From a virus (Duplodnaviria; Caudoviricetes): DNA of 51,648 nt. Location: positions 1 to 51,648 of the IMG/VR virus record IMGVR_UViG_3300030333_007728. The stretch is one strand, 5' to 3'. Position 1 is the first letter of the stretch, and every line of letters starts with the position of its first letter. The notes beneath the pieces were generated by a model. That model was not told the DNA's origin. It did no database searches and saw only the letters and a list, made by a program, of their open reading frames with translations. Positions 28,783 to 38,268 of this stretch are shown here, piece after piece. A program made the position numbers and the translations under genes.

Positions 28783-28833
28783 CTTCTTCATATACGCTCT
28801 TCGAGCGTTAACCTTAATAGAATATAGTCTAAA

Positions 28834-29451
28834 ATGCTAGAAGTTGATAATAAACTAGTTGAAAAAGTAAAGTTTAATAGATGTTCAGACTCTACTTTGA
28901 AATTAGCCCAAAGACATGTTGGTATATTTAATAAAGTCTATAAAAAGTATTTTAAGGCCTTAAATGAGGTTGGATACGCATATAAAAACTTTCAAGACGA
29001 TGTAAACTTAATAGTTTTTAAGGCTTGTATATCCTTCAAGGAAAACGGAGGTTCTAAGTTCTCTACATGGTTATGTAATCACACTAGATACCATTGCCTT
29101 AACGAGATAAACAGCAAAAACAAGAAGAATAAAATCAAATTAGATTTATCCAATAATTTTGAAGAAAATCAAGAGTCCGGCTTGAAGGAGCTTGATGCAT
29201 ACTGTCAAGAGAAGAGGATTAAGGACGATGCTGAATACATAATGAATATACTTTCCGGAATGAAGGATAAAAGAATATCTAAGATATTTGATATGAGATA
29301 TTTTTCAGAAACGAATAAAAACAAACTAGCTTGGTCAAGTATAGCTAGGGAGTTAGGAATAAGCACCCAAACAGCTATAAATCTTCATGAAAAAGGAGCT
29401 ACGATGGTAAGAAATAAAATAGAATGTAGCTCTAATTCTGATACAATATAA
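28834..29451 (+). CDS. Phage-encoded sigma-70-family RNA polymerase sigma factor
   Basis: Region 2-like FKACISF...GSKFSTWLCNHTRYHCLN and region 4 HTH IFDMRYF...WSSIARELGISTQTAINLHEKG; 205 aa. Confidence 0.8.
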   Translation: MLEVDNKLVEKVKFNRCSDSTLKLAQRHVGIFNKVYKKYFKALNEVGYAYKNFQDDVNLIVFKACISFKENGGSKFSTWLCNHTRYHCLNEINSKNKKNKIKLDLSNNFEENQESGLKELDAYCQEKRIKDDAEYIMNILSGMKDKRISKIFDMRYFSETNKNKLAWSSIARELGISTQTAINLHEKGATMVRNKIECSSNSDTI

Positions 29452-29452
29452 C

Positions 29453-29481
29453 TTGACAGTACAAAAAGTACAAAGTAACTT
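29453..29481 (+). promoter_or_regulatory. Sigma70-like promoter with AAAAG spacer element
   Basis: TTGACA-gtacaAAAAGtacaaag-TAACTT, 10 nt upstream of ATG 29492. Confidence 0.7.
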
Positions 29482-29491
29482 AAAATTTCTT

Positions 29492-29773
29492 ATGGCTGAA
29501 AATAAGTCAAATAGCACAGAAGTAGGGGCGCTCTGGAAAAGAGTAGCCAAAAACACAGGTAAGACTTATCTTGCAGGGCACATCACTACCGAAGATCTTG
29601 GAGCTTCAGCTTTGGATCAGAAGGTAAAGATTGTTGTTTTCTCAAACAATAAAGAAGGTCAATCTGAAAACGCACCAGATTTCAGAATGTACCTTTCTAA
29701 GGTTGGGGATCAAAACAAGAAGCCGGAAACTCAAGCTGCAGCTTCCGATACTTCGGATGGAGATCTCATTTAA
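29492..29773 (+). CDS. DUF736-like small protein
   Basis: Start re-called at ATG 29492 because the track's TTG is the -35 box. VGALWKR...GKTYLAG...N..APDFR motif and an acidic tail. Confidence 0.65.
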   Translation: MAENKSNSTEVGALWKRVAKNTGKTYLAGHITTEDLGASALDQKVKIVVFSNNKEGQSENAPDFRMYLSKVGDQNKKPETQAAASDTSDGDLI

Positions 29774-30836
29774 CTTACCTATAAACGGGGTATCTTTTGG
29801 GCAGGTTTCCATTGGCTTGCTTAGAGAATCCTTCAAAAGAGGAGAGTCACCTTCCCTATTTCCTATAGGGGAGGTTGACTACTCTTCTCAGTCTAACATT
29901 TCTAAGGAATTTGAGGACTGGATTAAAGCCTGTATTGATAAAGGCAAAAAAAACCATAGCAGAGACATTCCGTGCCTTAAACTTTGGCATTTAAATGGAG
30001 GAATTGAATCCGTAAGTAATAGACACAACTTACTTACTTTTTACGAACTAGATTCTCCTACTGAAGCTGAACTTAATGTCGCTAGAAATTCTAACTTAAT
30101 AGTTACTTCGTCATACACTAGAGATGTATTTACTAAGGCTGGGGTTGATTGTGAATTTGCGCCATTAGGTTTTGATGAATATAACTTTCGCAAGACCGAA
30201 CCTAAAACATTCGATCAAGAAAGAATAACCTTCAATGTAGTTGGCAAATTTGAGAAAAGGAAAAAGCACGAAAGCATAATTACTTCTTGGCTTAAAAAGT
30301 TTGGCAACAACAAAAAGTATTTTTTGCAGTGCGCAATAAACAACCCTTTCTTTTCAGATTCAGATAATGAAAAAATATGGAATTCACTGGGTAGAAAATC
30401 AGGGTTCTTTAATATAAGCTATCTAGGCAGTATGCCTAAAAACGAAACCTACAACCAGTTTCTAAATTCTGGAGATGTCGTAATTGGGATGTCTGGCGCA
30501 GAAGGATGGGGCTTACCAGAGTTTCAATCTGTTTGCATGGGTAAGCATTCAGTTATTTTGAATGCGACTTCGTATAAAGATTGGGCTAACGAGTCTAATA
30601 GCGTCTTAGTCGAACCTAGCGGAAAAGTCGACGCCTACGATGAAATATTTTTCAAAAAAGGCTCAGACTACAATCAAGGTCAGGTATATGACTTCAATGA
30701 AGATGAGTTTATATCTGCTTGCGAAGATGTTATTAAGAGGGTAGAGAAAAACAGACTCAACGTAGAGGGCGAAAAACTAAAAGATACTTTCAGTATAAGC
30801 AATTCTTACGATTCAATATTAAACTCAATAAAATAG
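29757..30836 (+). CDS. GT4-family (GT-B) glycosyltransferase
   Basis: Start re-called at ATG 29757. VGKFEKRK and SGAEGWGLPEFQS (E-G-x-G-L-P motif). Confidence 0.8.
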   Translation: MEISFNLPINGVSFGQVSIGLLRESFKRGESPSLFPIGEVDYSSQSNISKEFEDWIKACIDKGKKNHSRDIPCLKLWHLNGGIESVSNRHNLLTFYELDSPTEAELNVARNSNLIVTSSYTRDVFTKAGVDCEFAPLGFDEYNFRKTEPKTFDQERITFNVVGKFEKRKKHESIITSWLKKFGNNKKYFLQCAINNPFFSDSDNEKIWNSLGRKSGFFNISYLGSMPKNETYNQFLNSGDVVIGMSGAEGWGLPEFQSVCMGKHSVILNATSYKDWANESNSVLVEPSGKVDAYDEIFFKKGSDYNQGQVYDFNEDEFISACEDVIKRVEKNRLNVEGEKLKDTFSISNSYDSILNSIK

Positions 30837-30837
30837 T

Positions 30838-31182
30838 ATGCCAGAGTATTTATATGAAAATCCAGACACTGGAGAGGTGGTGTCTGTAATTCAAGGTATA
30901 AATGAAGAGCATTCGTACAGTAAAGACGGGTTGGAATATCAGAGGGTTTTCACAAATCCTAATATGGCTGTAGATTCCGACTATTCTTCTCTTAGCGAAG
31001 AGCAATTTGTAAATTCCACAAGAAATAAAAAAGGTACCTTGGGCGACCTTTTCGACGCGTCAAAAGAAGCCTCTGAAAAAAGAGAAAAGCTTCATGGTAA
31101 AGACCCAGTGAAAGATAAATACTTTAAAGACTATAGTTCCAGAAGAAAAGGAACTAAGCATAAAGATGACCCGTCCAAGTGA
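30838..31182 (+). CDS. FmdB-like small protein lacking the zinc-ribbon cysteines
   Basis: N-terminus MPEYLYENPDTGEVVSVIQ follows the FmdB MPxYxY pattern. Confidence 0.5.
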   Translation: MPEYLYENPDTGEVVSVIQGINEEHSYSKDGLEYQRVFTNPNMAVDSDYSSLSEEQFVNSTRNKKGTLGDLFDASKEASEKREKLHGKDPVKDKYFKDYSSRRKGTKHKDDPSK

Positions 31183-32185
31183 AATATCTTTCGTAGTAAT
31201 TACGAATGGGTCAAATCCCAGTAAGCTTACGTCGTTAGTATGGAGTATAGTATATAACGGGAGAAACCACTTAAAAGATTATGAGATATTAATTTGTGGA
31301 GATTTAGCGGAATCAGACCATGCTGATTTCGACAGAAACCTTATGTTCGGCGACTGGGAGGATAAGATTAATTTAATCCCATTAAAAGACGCCGCAGACA
31401 ATGCTAGGCTTGGCGAGATGAGAAACGCTGGATGCCAAGAAGCGAAGTTTGATACTATTTGTATTCTTGATGATGATTTTGTATTAACAAAAGACTGGGC
31501 TAAAAACATTCCCTCTAATGACTTTGACATTATGACCACTCAAGTCAGAGTTCCGGATGGAGGAAGATTTTGGGATCATGCTTGCTACGGAAGCAGAACT
31601 AGGGGTCATATAATATTGATGCCCGAAGAGACTGACGACAAGCTGTATATGTCAGGAGGAACAGCTTGGATGCTTAAGAAAAAAGTCTTTGATAAGATTA
31701 AATGGGGACAAACCGGAATTTATGAGGGAATGCGCTCTTTAAAAGAATATAGAGAGGGTAACCATAATGAAGATACTTTTTTTTCTAAATCATGTAGAGA
31801 AAATGGATTTTCCATAACTCATAATCATAAATCGGTTTCTTTCCATGACGATGATACTTATACGGCAGTTGGTAGATTTTGCAACAGGAGAAGAGGCGCT
31901 AAAAATCAATCTTGGGTAAAATCAATTCCTAAAGAATTTTCCGGCCCTGTTTTTGCAGACTTTTCGAAAGTATTATTCAGCAACGGCTATATAGCTGAAG
32001 CTAATGATATAATAAGATATGGGTTAATGCTTTTTCCTAATAATTATGATTTGACAAAAAAAGAGAAAGAGATGGTTGACTACGCTGGCTTTTTACCTGA
32101 TAATAGATTTACGACAGAAATCGACCCATTACTAAAGGAGACTCAGGACTTTTATAGTAAGGAGTTTGCTAATTTGCAATGGTAA
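31166..32185 (+). CDS. GT2-like (GT-A) glycosyltransferase
   Basis: ISFVVIT, MRNAGCQEAKFDTICILDDDF and NEDTFFS motifs. Confidence 0.75.
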   Translation: MTRPSEISFVVITNGSNPSKLTSLVWSIVYNGRNHLKDYEILICGDLAESDHADFDRNLMFGDWEDKINLIPLKDAADNARLGEMRNAGCQEAKFDTICILDDDFVLTKDWAKNIPSNDFDIMTTQVRVPDGGRFWDHACYGSRTRGHIILMPEETDDKLYMSGGTAWMLKKKVFDKIKWGQTGIYEGMRSLKEYREGNHNEDTFFSKSCRENGFSITHNHKSVSFHDDDTYTAVGRFCNRRRGAKNQSWVKSIPKEFSGPVFADFSKVLFSNGYIAEANDIIRYGLMLFPNNYDLTKKEKEMVDYAGFLPDNRFTTEIDPLLKETQDFYSKEFANLQW

Positions 32186-32943
32186 CACCGCCAGTACAGA
32201 CGCTTTGGGTAGGAGACTCTCTCTCTGAGCTAGAAAATTTATGCATAACCTCATACATAAAACAAGGCTATGATTTTCATTTGTATGCTTACGGGGATAT
32301 AAAGAACGTACCCGAAGATTGTATCATCCTTGACGCCAACTCAATTTTAGATGAGTCTGAGATTTTCTGCTACAACTCCGGAGCAGGGAAAGGCAGTGTC
32401 TCTGCATTTTCTAATCTATTTAGGTATAAACTTTTATATGACGAGGGTGGCATTTGGACTGATACTGATGTGATTTGTTTAAATCGCTTCCCGGATGAAG
32501 ATGAGTATATTTTTGCTTCTGAAAAAGACAGCAGTGTAGATGGCGAAAACATAATATGCTCATCAAACTTTATAAAAGCCCCTAAAGGTTCAAATTTTGC
32601 TAAGTATTGTTACGATAAAGCCGCATCAGTAGACAGGGAGACTTTACAGTGGGGAACTATTGGGCCAAGATTAGTAGGTGAGTCTGTAGCTCATCATGGT
32701 TTAAGTGACTTTGTTCTTAGTTTTAAGAAATTCAACCATGTGCCTTGGTACAATGCTGAGGTATTTTTTATTGATGAGCCAAGTGATGTTGGTCAACTAA
32801 TTTATGATAGCGTCATAGGCGACGCTTACTGTATACATTTATGGAATGAGGTCTGGAGAAGAAATGGCATAGATAAAAACTCCAAGTTCCCTAAAAGCTG
32901 TTTTTTCGAAGTTTTGAAATCTAATATAAAATCAATAGAATGA
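32179..32943 (+). CDS. GT32-like DXD glycosyltransferase (alpha-1,4-glycosyltransferase type)
   Basis: FSNLFRYKLLYDEGGIWTDTDV, WGTIGP and IHLWNE motifs. Confidence 0.85.
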   Translation: MVTPPVQTLWVGDSLSELENLCITSYIKQGYDFHLYAYGDIKNVPEDCIILDANSILDESEIFCYNSGAGKGSVSAFSNLFRYKLLYDEGGIWTDTDVICLNRFPDEDEYIFASEKDSSVDGENIICSSNFIKAPKGSNFAKYCYDKAASVDRETLQWGTIGPRLVGESVAHHGLSDFVLSFKKFNHVPWYNAEVFFIDEPSDVGQLIYDSVIGDAYCIHLWNEVWRRNGIDKNSKFPKSCFFEVLKSNIKSIE

Positions 32944-33725
32944 AGCAAGTACCATTAAAAGAATTTTTCCAGCAAGTTAATTACGACTGGGAGAAAGATA
33001 TAGACTTCTTTAAGGACGTCTGCTCGCTTAGTAAAACCAGAGCTAGACCAGTATCTATAAAAGACGCTTTTGAAGATTCTCCTCAAGAATTTGAATTCAC
33101 TTGGGGGATGGAGCAGCCTTTTATAATGAAGGCATTCATAGAGAGTCTCGAAGGTAAAATAAATTATTTTGAGATCGGAACAGGTAGAGGTACTTCCTCT
33201 ATGGCGGCGGCTGGCAGCAAGAATATAAACAAGATTGATAGTTTTGATATTCTAGAGCCAAAACACAAACGGAAAAACGTCGTAAACTTCAAAGAAGTGC
33301 AAGCCTCAAATGTAGACATACTAAAAGAATTTGAGTCTAAATATTCTGACAAAATTAAATCAAACGGTAGAGAAGGCACTACTATGGGAATAAAACTTCA
33401 CCACGTGTCAGAATACGCTTCTTTTATAAATGACGACAATAACAGAGACTATGACGTTTGCTTTATAGATGGCGAGCATGAAAATCCAGAAATAATCCTA
33501 AAAGACTATCTTATTTGCAATAAGGTTATGGAGAAATCTAATCATGCTTACATTATTTGGGATGACTATTATCCAGATAAGATGAACGTGAAGCACGTTG
33601 TTGAAAGAGTAGTTGAAGTCGACAAGAGAGAATCTTATTTAGTTCCCTTTAGAGGCCATTTATTTGGTAGCAAAAACAGGCCTATCGAAAAAGACGCTGG
33701 GGTAGTCATAATGAAGCTGAAATGA
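32940..33725 (+). CDS. Class I SAM-dependent methyltransferase (Methyltransf_24-like)
   Basis: FEIGTGRGTSS, DVCFIDGEH and IIWDDY motifs. Confidence 0.8.
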   Translation: MKQVPLKEFFQQVNYDWEKDIDFFKDVCSLSKTRARPVSIKDAFEDSPQEFEFTWGMEQPFIMKAFIESLEGKINYFEIGTGRGTSSMAAAGSKNINKIDSFDILEPKHKRKNVVNFKEVQASNVDILKEFESKYSDKIKSNGREGTTMGIKLHHVSEYASFINDDNNRDYDVCFIDGEHENPEIILKDYLICNKVMEKSNHAYIIWDDYYPDKMNVKHVVERVVEVDKRESYLVPFRGHLFGSKNRPIEKDAGVVIMKLK

Positions 33726-34684
33726 AAATAGCCTACATATGCGACAGGAATACATTCCTGCATAAAATGTCTAGGGTTAGGTTTCATTCAATTGAAGCTA
33801 TATCAAAGATACATCAAGTTGAGTGGTTTGGTAAATTTTGGGATGGTTGGTCTCACAATCTTTCTGTAGACGAAAATTTTGATAGAATAGGATATGAGCC
33901 AGATTTAATTATCGGCTATAAGCCTTTAGAGATAAATGGATTTGCAGATTCTAAGTTTAAGAAGTGCATCAGATATAATGAGATGTACAACAAAGAGTGG
34001 ACTATAAGAGAGATAACTGAAAGTAAGTCTGATATAGTTATATGTCATCATCATAACGACTATATTGAATACACAACAGACCCACAATTGACACGCAGAC
34101 TCAATGGAGTTGAATTCGTGAATATCCCTCATTGTGCAGAATCTACAGTATTTAAAGATTATGGTTTTCGTAAGGATGTAGACATTTTACTTGGAGGCGC
34201 TATTTTCGCCTCGTCTACATTAGGACAGCATTATCCTTTAAGAGATAGATTAGCTTCGCATATCCTACCTAAAATGTCTAAGAAGTATGCGTGTAGTCTT
34301 TATGAACATCCGGGATATGACTTAGGTGAAGCTCATACAAACAGGTATGCAATAGATTTTGCTAAAGCTATAAATAGATCTAGAATATGTGTGACTTGCT
34401 CTGGCTTGCCTAGAAGCAGATTTGGCAAGTATGTAGAAATACCGATGTGCAACACTGCCATAGCCGCAGATATGCCCGATGAAATGCAAGATTTCTTTTC
34501 TGAGTTTTTGATAGAATTAAGCATGGATGACAGTGATTCCGATATAATATCAAAGCTTGAATATTACTTAGATAACGACGATAAGCTTCAAGAAAAGACT
34601 TGGATTGGGTACGATAAGTCATCTAGATTTGATCAAGATTACTATGCTGAACTTTTCACGGAAAAAATAGAGCCTTTAATTTGA
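33722..34684 (+). CDS. Glycosyltransferase, CgeB/Glyco_trans_1_2-like
   Basis: IPHCA, YPLRDRL and INRSRICVT...KYVEIPMC motifs. Confidence 0.7.
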   Translation: MKIAYICDRNTFLHKMSRVRFHSIEAISKIHQVEWFGKFWDGWSHNLSVDENFDRIGYEPDLIIGYKPLEINGFADSKFKKCIRYNEMYNKEWTIREITESKSDIVICHHHNDYIEYTTDPQLTRRLNGVEFVNIPHCAESTVFKDYGFRKDVDILLGGAIFASSTLGQHYPLRDRLASHILPKMSKKYACSLYEHPGYDLGEAHTNRYAIDFAKAINRSRICVTCSGLPRSRFGKYVEIPMCNTAIAADMPDEMQDFFSEFLIELSMDDSDSDIISKLEYYLDNDDKLQEKTWIGYDKSSRFDQDYYAELFTEKIEPLI

Positions 34685-35622
34685 AAGTAATACCAATACA
34701 TGGCCATGAGAATTGGCTCTGCGATAGATACGCTAGCGAGTGGATGGAGTCTAATATCTCTCATGCTCCAGACTCCTATAATGTAAATCACGCTGATGCT
34801 TTATGGCTGCTTGCTCCTTGGGAATGGAGAAATGTACCAGAAGACTACTTAAACAAGAAAAAAATAATCTGCACCATCCATCATATAGTTCCAGACAAGA
34901 TGAGCGATGAGGCTTGGAATGAATTTAAAGAGCGAGATAAATACGTTGATGCCTATCATACGCCATGCCTTAAGTCTTGGGATCAGTTTTCGAAGTATAC
35001 CAATAATAAACCTCACTTAATACAGCCTTTTTGGTCTAACGGTTCTATATTTTACCCCTACAAGAAAGAAGTAAAGCCAGAGCTTAGGTTTAAATACGGC
35101 TTAGGAATAGACTCTTTTGTTGTTGGTTCTTTTCAGAGGGACACAGAAGGACGCGATCTCAAAAGCCCCAAGCTTGAAAAAGGGCCAGATATACTTTGCG
35201 ACATATTAGAAAAGGTTAACGAGAAGAAGCCAAATCTAGAGGTTTTGTTATCTGGTTGGAGAAGGCAGTATGTTATTGGCAGGTTAGAAAACGCAGGAAT
35301 AAAGTACAAGTATATAGAGCTTCCATCTATAGATGTTATTAATGAGCTTTATAATTGCTTGGATCAATACATTGTTGCAGCAAGGCACGAAGGCGGGCCT
35401 CAGTCAGTCTCTGAATGCATAATGACTAAAACGCCAATAGTTTCGACTAGAGTCGGCTTGGCTGAAAAATTTCTCCATCCTAACAGCTTGTTCGCTGATC
35501 AAGAGACCTTCTTCGAAGCCACTTCGGACGAAGAGTCTTTGCATTATTCCTCAAAGATACTAGAGCCATATCTGATGCCTCAAGGGTTTGATAATTTTAA
35601 CTCCTTTTTTGAGTCTATATGA
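34681..35622 (+). CDS. GT4-family glycosyltransferase
   Basis: GSFQRD, KLEKGPD and LYNCLDQYIVAARHEGGPQSVSE...PIVSTRVG motifs. Confidence 0.8.
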   Translation: MKVIPIHGHENWLCDRYASEWMESNISHAPDSYNVNHADALWLLAPWEWRNVPEDYLNKKKIICTIHHIVPDKMSDEAWNEFKERDKYVDAYHTPCLKSWDQFSKYTNNKPHLIQPFWSNGSIFYPYKKEVKPELRFKYGLGIDSFVVGSFQRDTEGRDLKSPKLEKGPDILCDILEKVNEKKPNLEVLLSGWRRQYVIGRLENAGIKYKYIELPSIDVINELYNCLDQYIVAARHEGGPQSVSECIMTKTPIVSTRVGLAEKFLHPNSLFADQETFFEATSDEESLHYSSKILEPYLMPQGFDNFNSFFESI

Positions 35623-36557
35623 AAGAATTAGATAAAGAAGCTTTAATATCTTGGATTAAAACGATAGAGCGCGAGGGGTACCCTTGGACTCTACAAAAAA
35701 ATCCTAAAGGGGTAGACAAATGCCTATTGTCTTCAGCTTCATTATTTTGTAAGTTAGCTCGAATATACTCTAATTACTTTACGGCAAACAAAGACGCTTT
35801 AAGAGATGTAATACTTTCTTTTTCTCGTCCCGATGGCATGCTTGAGGATATAGAAGGAGATAAAAATGTAATTTCGGAGACTAGGCAGTCTTTTTCAGGG
35901 TTGATAAATATAGGTTATGACGTTCCCGATTTTGACTGTAGTTCCTTTTTTCAAGAGCCTCTTTATTTTATGAGGGACTCAGAGTGGAATAACCCTTGGG
36001 GGGCTGGCGCTCATTTATCTCATTATATGTTTTTCATGCACCATTCAGGTAGGCGTGATAAGATAGATTCAGTTTTGCAGGATTTAAAGAAGTTTGAGAA
36101 GCCGGAAGGATGGTATTACAAGCACCCGCCAGACGCACACACTTTAGTTAACGGCATAATGAAAGTGATGACAGCTTTTGACGCTGTCGGTATTGAAATC
36201 CCGCAAGATAATATGAGAGGGATACTTGAATTAGTCTTTTCTTATAATTCTGCTTATGGAGGTTGCGGCATATATGATTTAGTTTACGTTTTAGATAAAT
36301 GTATAGAACATGAAGTTAGAGTAGAAGAATGTAAAGCGGCTATGGAGAATTGCTATAATTCTATAGTCTCCCATCAACAAAACGATGGTGGATTTTCTTA
36401 TAGTTTAAATTGCTGTCAAACAGGATTTTACGGTAAGTCGATAGCTGAACCATATCCCTGCGGAGATGTACACGGGACAACTTTATTCAGCATGGCTTTA
36501 GTTAGGATTGATAATAGATTAGAGTTAGGGCTAAACCTTTGCCCAGCGGTAACATGA
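35619..36557 (+). CDS. Putative alpha/alpha-toroid protein (prenyltransferase/squalene-cyclase repeat-like)
   Basis: QW-like motifs LSFSRPDGML, KFEKPEGWY and SHQQNDGGFSY, plus GDVHGT. Confidence 0.5.
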   Translation: MKELDKEALISWIKTIEREGYPWTLQKNPKGVDKCLLSSASLFCKLARIYSNYFTANKDALRDVILSFSRPDGMLEDIEGDKNVISETRQSFSGLINIGYDVPDFDCSSFFQEPLYFMRDSEWNNPWGAGAHLSHYMFFMHHSGRRDKIDSVLQDLKKFEKPEGWYYKHPPDAHTLVNGIMKVMTAFDAVGIEIPQDNMRGILELVFSYNSAYGGCGIYDLVYVLDKCIEHEVRVEECKAAMENCYNSIVSHQQNDGGFSYSLNCCQTGFYGKSIAEPYPCGDVHGTTLFSMALVRIDNRLELGLNLCPAVT

Positions 36558-37342
36558 ATACTATTGTAGGAATTTGCTTGTTTAAAAATGAAGATATATA
36601 CTGCGAAAGAGTAGTCAGTAATATATTGGATTTTTGCGATAAGATTTTAATCATCGATAACGAGTCGACAGATAAGACTTTAGATATAGTTTCGTATAAG
36701 TTTGCAAGAAACCCAAAGGTTACTATAATTAAATGCTCAGATCATACTCTTACTGGTAGGTATACTTATGAGTATTTTAAGACTAAGACTTTTTTGTTTG
36801 CTGTTGATGGAGACGAAATATACGACCCAGTTGGCCTTAGTAAAATAAGAGAGAAAATAAAAAACGGAGATTATGATAGTTGTTGGAAAATATCTGGAAG
36901 TTCTTTTCACGTTGAAGAGTGGAATGATGATGATGATACACCGAACTTAAGTGGGTTTACTTGCCCGCCAAATAAGCATGTAGTCAAACTTTACAATTTC
37001 AATGTAATAGAAAGCTGGACGCAAGGAGAGAGGCTCCATGGTGCTGGTCCATCGCCATATCCCAATTACATAGAAGAGAATATAAAAGTAAAATTCGCCA
37101 ATGAAAGCGCGCAGTCAGAAAGCCAAATAATTCCTTGGGGCTTTTCTAATCTTAGGTGCTTACATATGTGTTTTGTTCCAAGATCAAGTAAGGATCTAGA
37201 TATAAGGGAAGCTTCCACTTCTAAGAATCTTAAATATAGACCAGCACCAGAAGGTCATGATTTAGACTACAAACCTAAAAAATACGGATCAGGAAATACT
37301 CATAAATTACCTTTAACCTCATTAAAAAACTTTTTAGCATGA
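36554..37342 (+). CDS. GT2-family glycosyltransferase
   Basis: Start re-called at ATG 36554 (ATGA overlap). KNEDIY, IIDNESTDKT and AVDGDEIY motifs. Confidence 0.8.
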   Translation: MNTIVGICLFKNEDIYCERVVSNILDFCDKILIIDNESTDKTLDIVSYKFARNPKVTIIKCSDHTLTGRYTYEYFKTKTFLFAVDGDEIYDPVGLSKIREKIKNGDYDSCWKISGSSFHVEEWNDDDDTPNLSGFTCPPNKHVVKLYNFNVIESWTQGERLHGAGPSPYPNYIEENIKVKFANESAQSESQIIPWGFSNLRCLHMCFVPRSSKDLDIREASTSKNLKYRPAPEGHDLDYKPKKYGSGNTHKLPLTSLKNFLA

Positions 37343-38268
37343 ACAGCTCCTTTGTTTTCGGGATGTGTCCTAATCGCCATTCAGCAGGTGGCGGCGGCAC
37401 AAAATTCGTTAACTACTTCTCAGAGAAGTTAGTTGGAAGAAGTTCTTTTCAGTTTTCTTTCAAGAACCCTCCAGATTATGTGTTAATGTTTGACCCTAGA
37501 CACTTAGACTTCTCGGGTAATTGGTTAAGTGTTGAGGTTCTAAAAGAGCTTAAATCTAGGAGTTTTGATTGCAAGTATATTCACCGTATCAATGATATTG
37601 GTTACCCCAAAAATAGGCCTCAAGAGTATGTGGACGGGGTTATTGAAATGGGAAACTTAGCAGACAAAGTAGTATATGTATCTCAATTCGTAAAGGAATA
37701 TTATGAAGATAATATATCTACAGAAAGCGCTGTGATTCCTAATGGTGTTGATGAGAGAATCTTTACAAAGAGAGATTATTCTTTTGATAAGATTAAATTA
37801 GTAACTCACCATTGGTCTTCTGACCCAATGAAAGGCAAGGCTTTATACGACTATATAGACTCCAAGATACCAGCTTGGGGTAATGTAGAATTTACATATA
37901 TTGGCAATCCACCAAAAGGTTCAGATTTCAAAAACACTAATGTAATTGAGGCTTTAAATTCTGATGATTTAGCCGCCGAGCTTAGGAAGCATACTATTTA
38001 TGTGTCAGGCTCGGAGCATGAGCCTTGCGGTATGCATAAATTAGAAGGAGTTTCTAGTGGGCTACCGATTATATATAATGAAAATAGTGGAGACTCTTAT
38101 TTAACCGCAGATTACGGGATAGGCTATCTTGATGCGGAAAGAGATTTTGAAGTATGCTTAAAACAAATGGAACAAAAACACCATTTTTTCTATAATAAGA
38201 TAGTAGACGAGTTTGATCTTTATCTGGACGTTCAAACAGACAAGTATTTAGATTTTATTTTGAAATGA
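37339..38268 (+). CDS. GT4-like glycosyltransferase
   Basis: GGGTKF, ADKVVYVSQF, IPNGVD and EPCGMHKLEGVSSGLP motifs. Confidence 0.8.
   Translation: MNSSFVFGMCPNRHSAGGGGTKFVNYFSEKLVGRSSFQFSFKNPPDYVLMFDPRHLDFSGNWLSVEVLKELKSRSFDCKYIHRINDIGYPKNRPQEYVDGVIEMGNLADKVVYVSQFVKEYYEDNISTESAVIPNGVDERIFTKRDYSFDKIKLVTHHWSSDPMKGKALYDYIDSKIPAWGNVEFTYIGNPPKGSDFKNTNVIEALNSDDLAAELRKHTIYVSGSEHEPCGMHKLEGVSSGLPIIYNENSGDSYLTADYGIGYLDAERDFEVCLKQMEQKHHFFYNKIVDEFDLYLDVQTDKYLDFILK

Noticed and set aside
28481-28830. Group I intron-like P7 pair (AGACTA at 28483-28488 and AATATAGTCT at 28821-28830)
   Set aside because: The two elements are ~340 nt apart, no convincing P/Q core is present, and no interrupted gene flanks them. 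Probably coincidental, though a cmscan would settle it.
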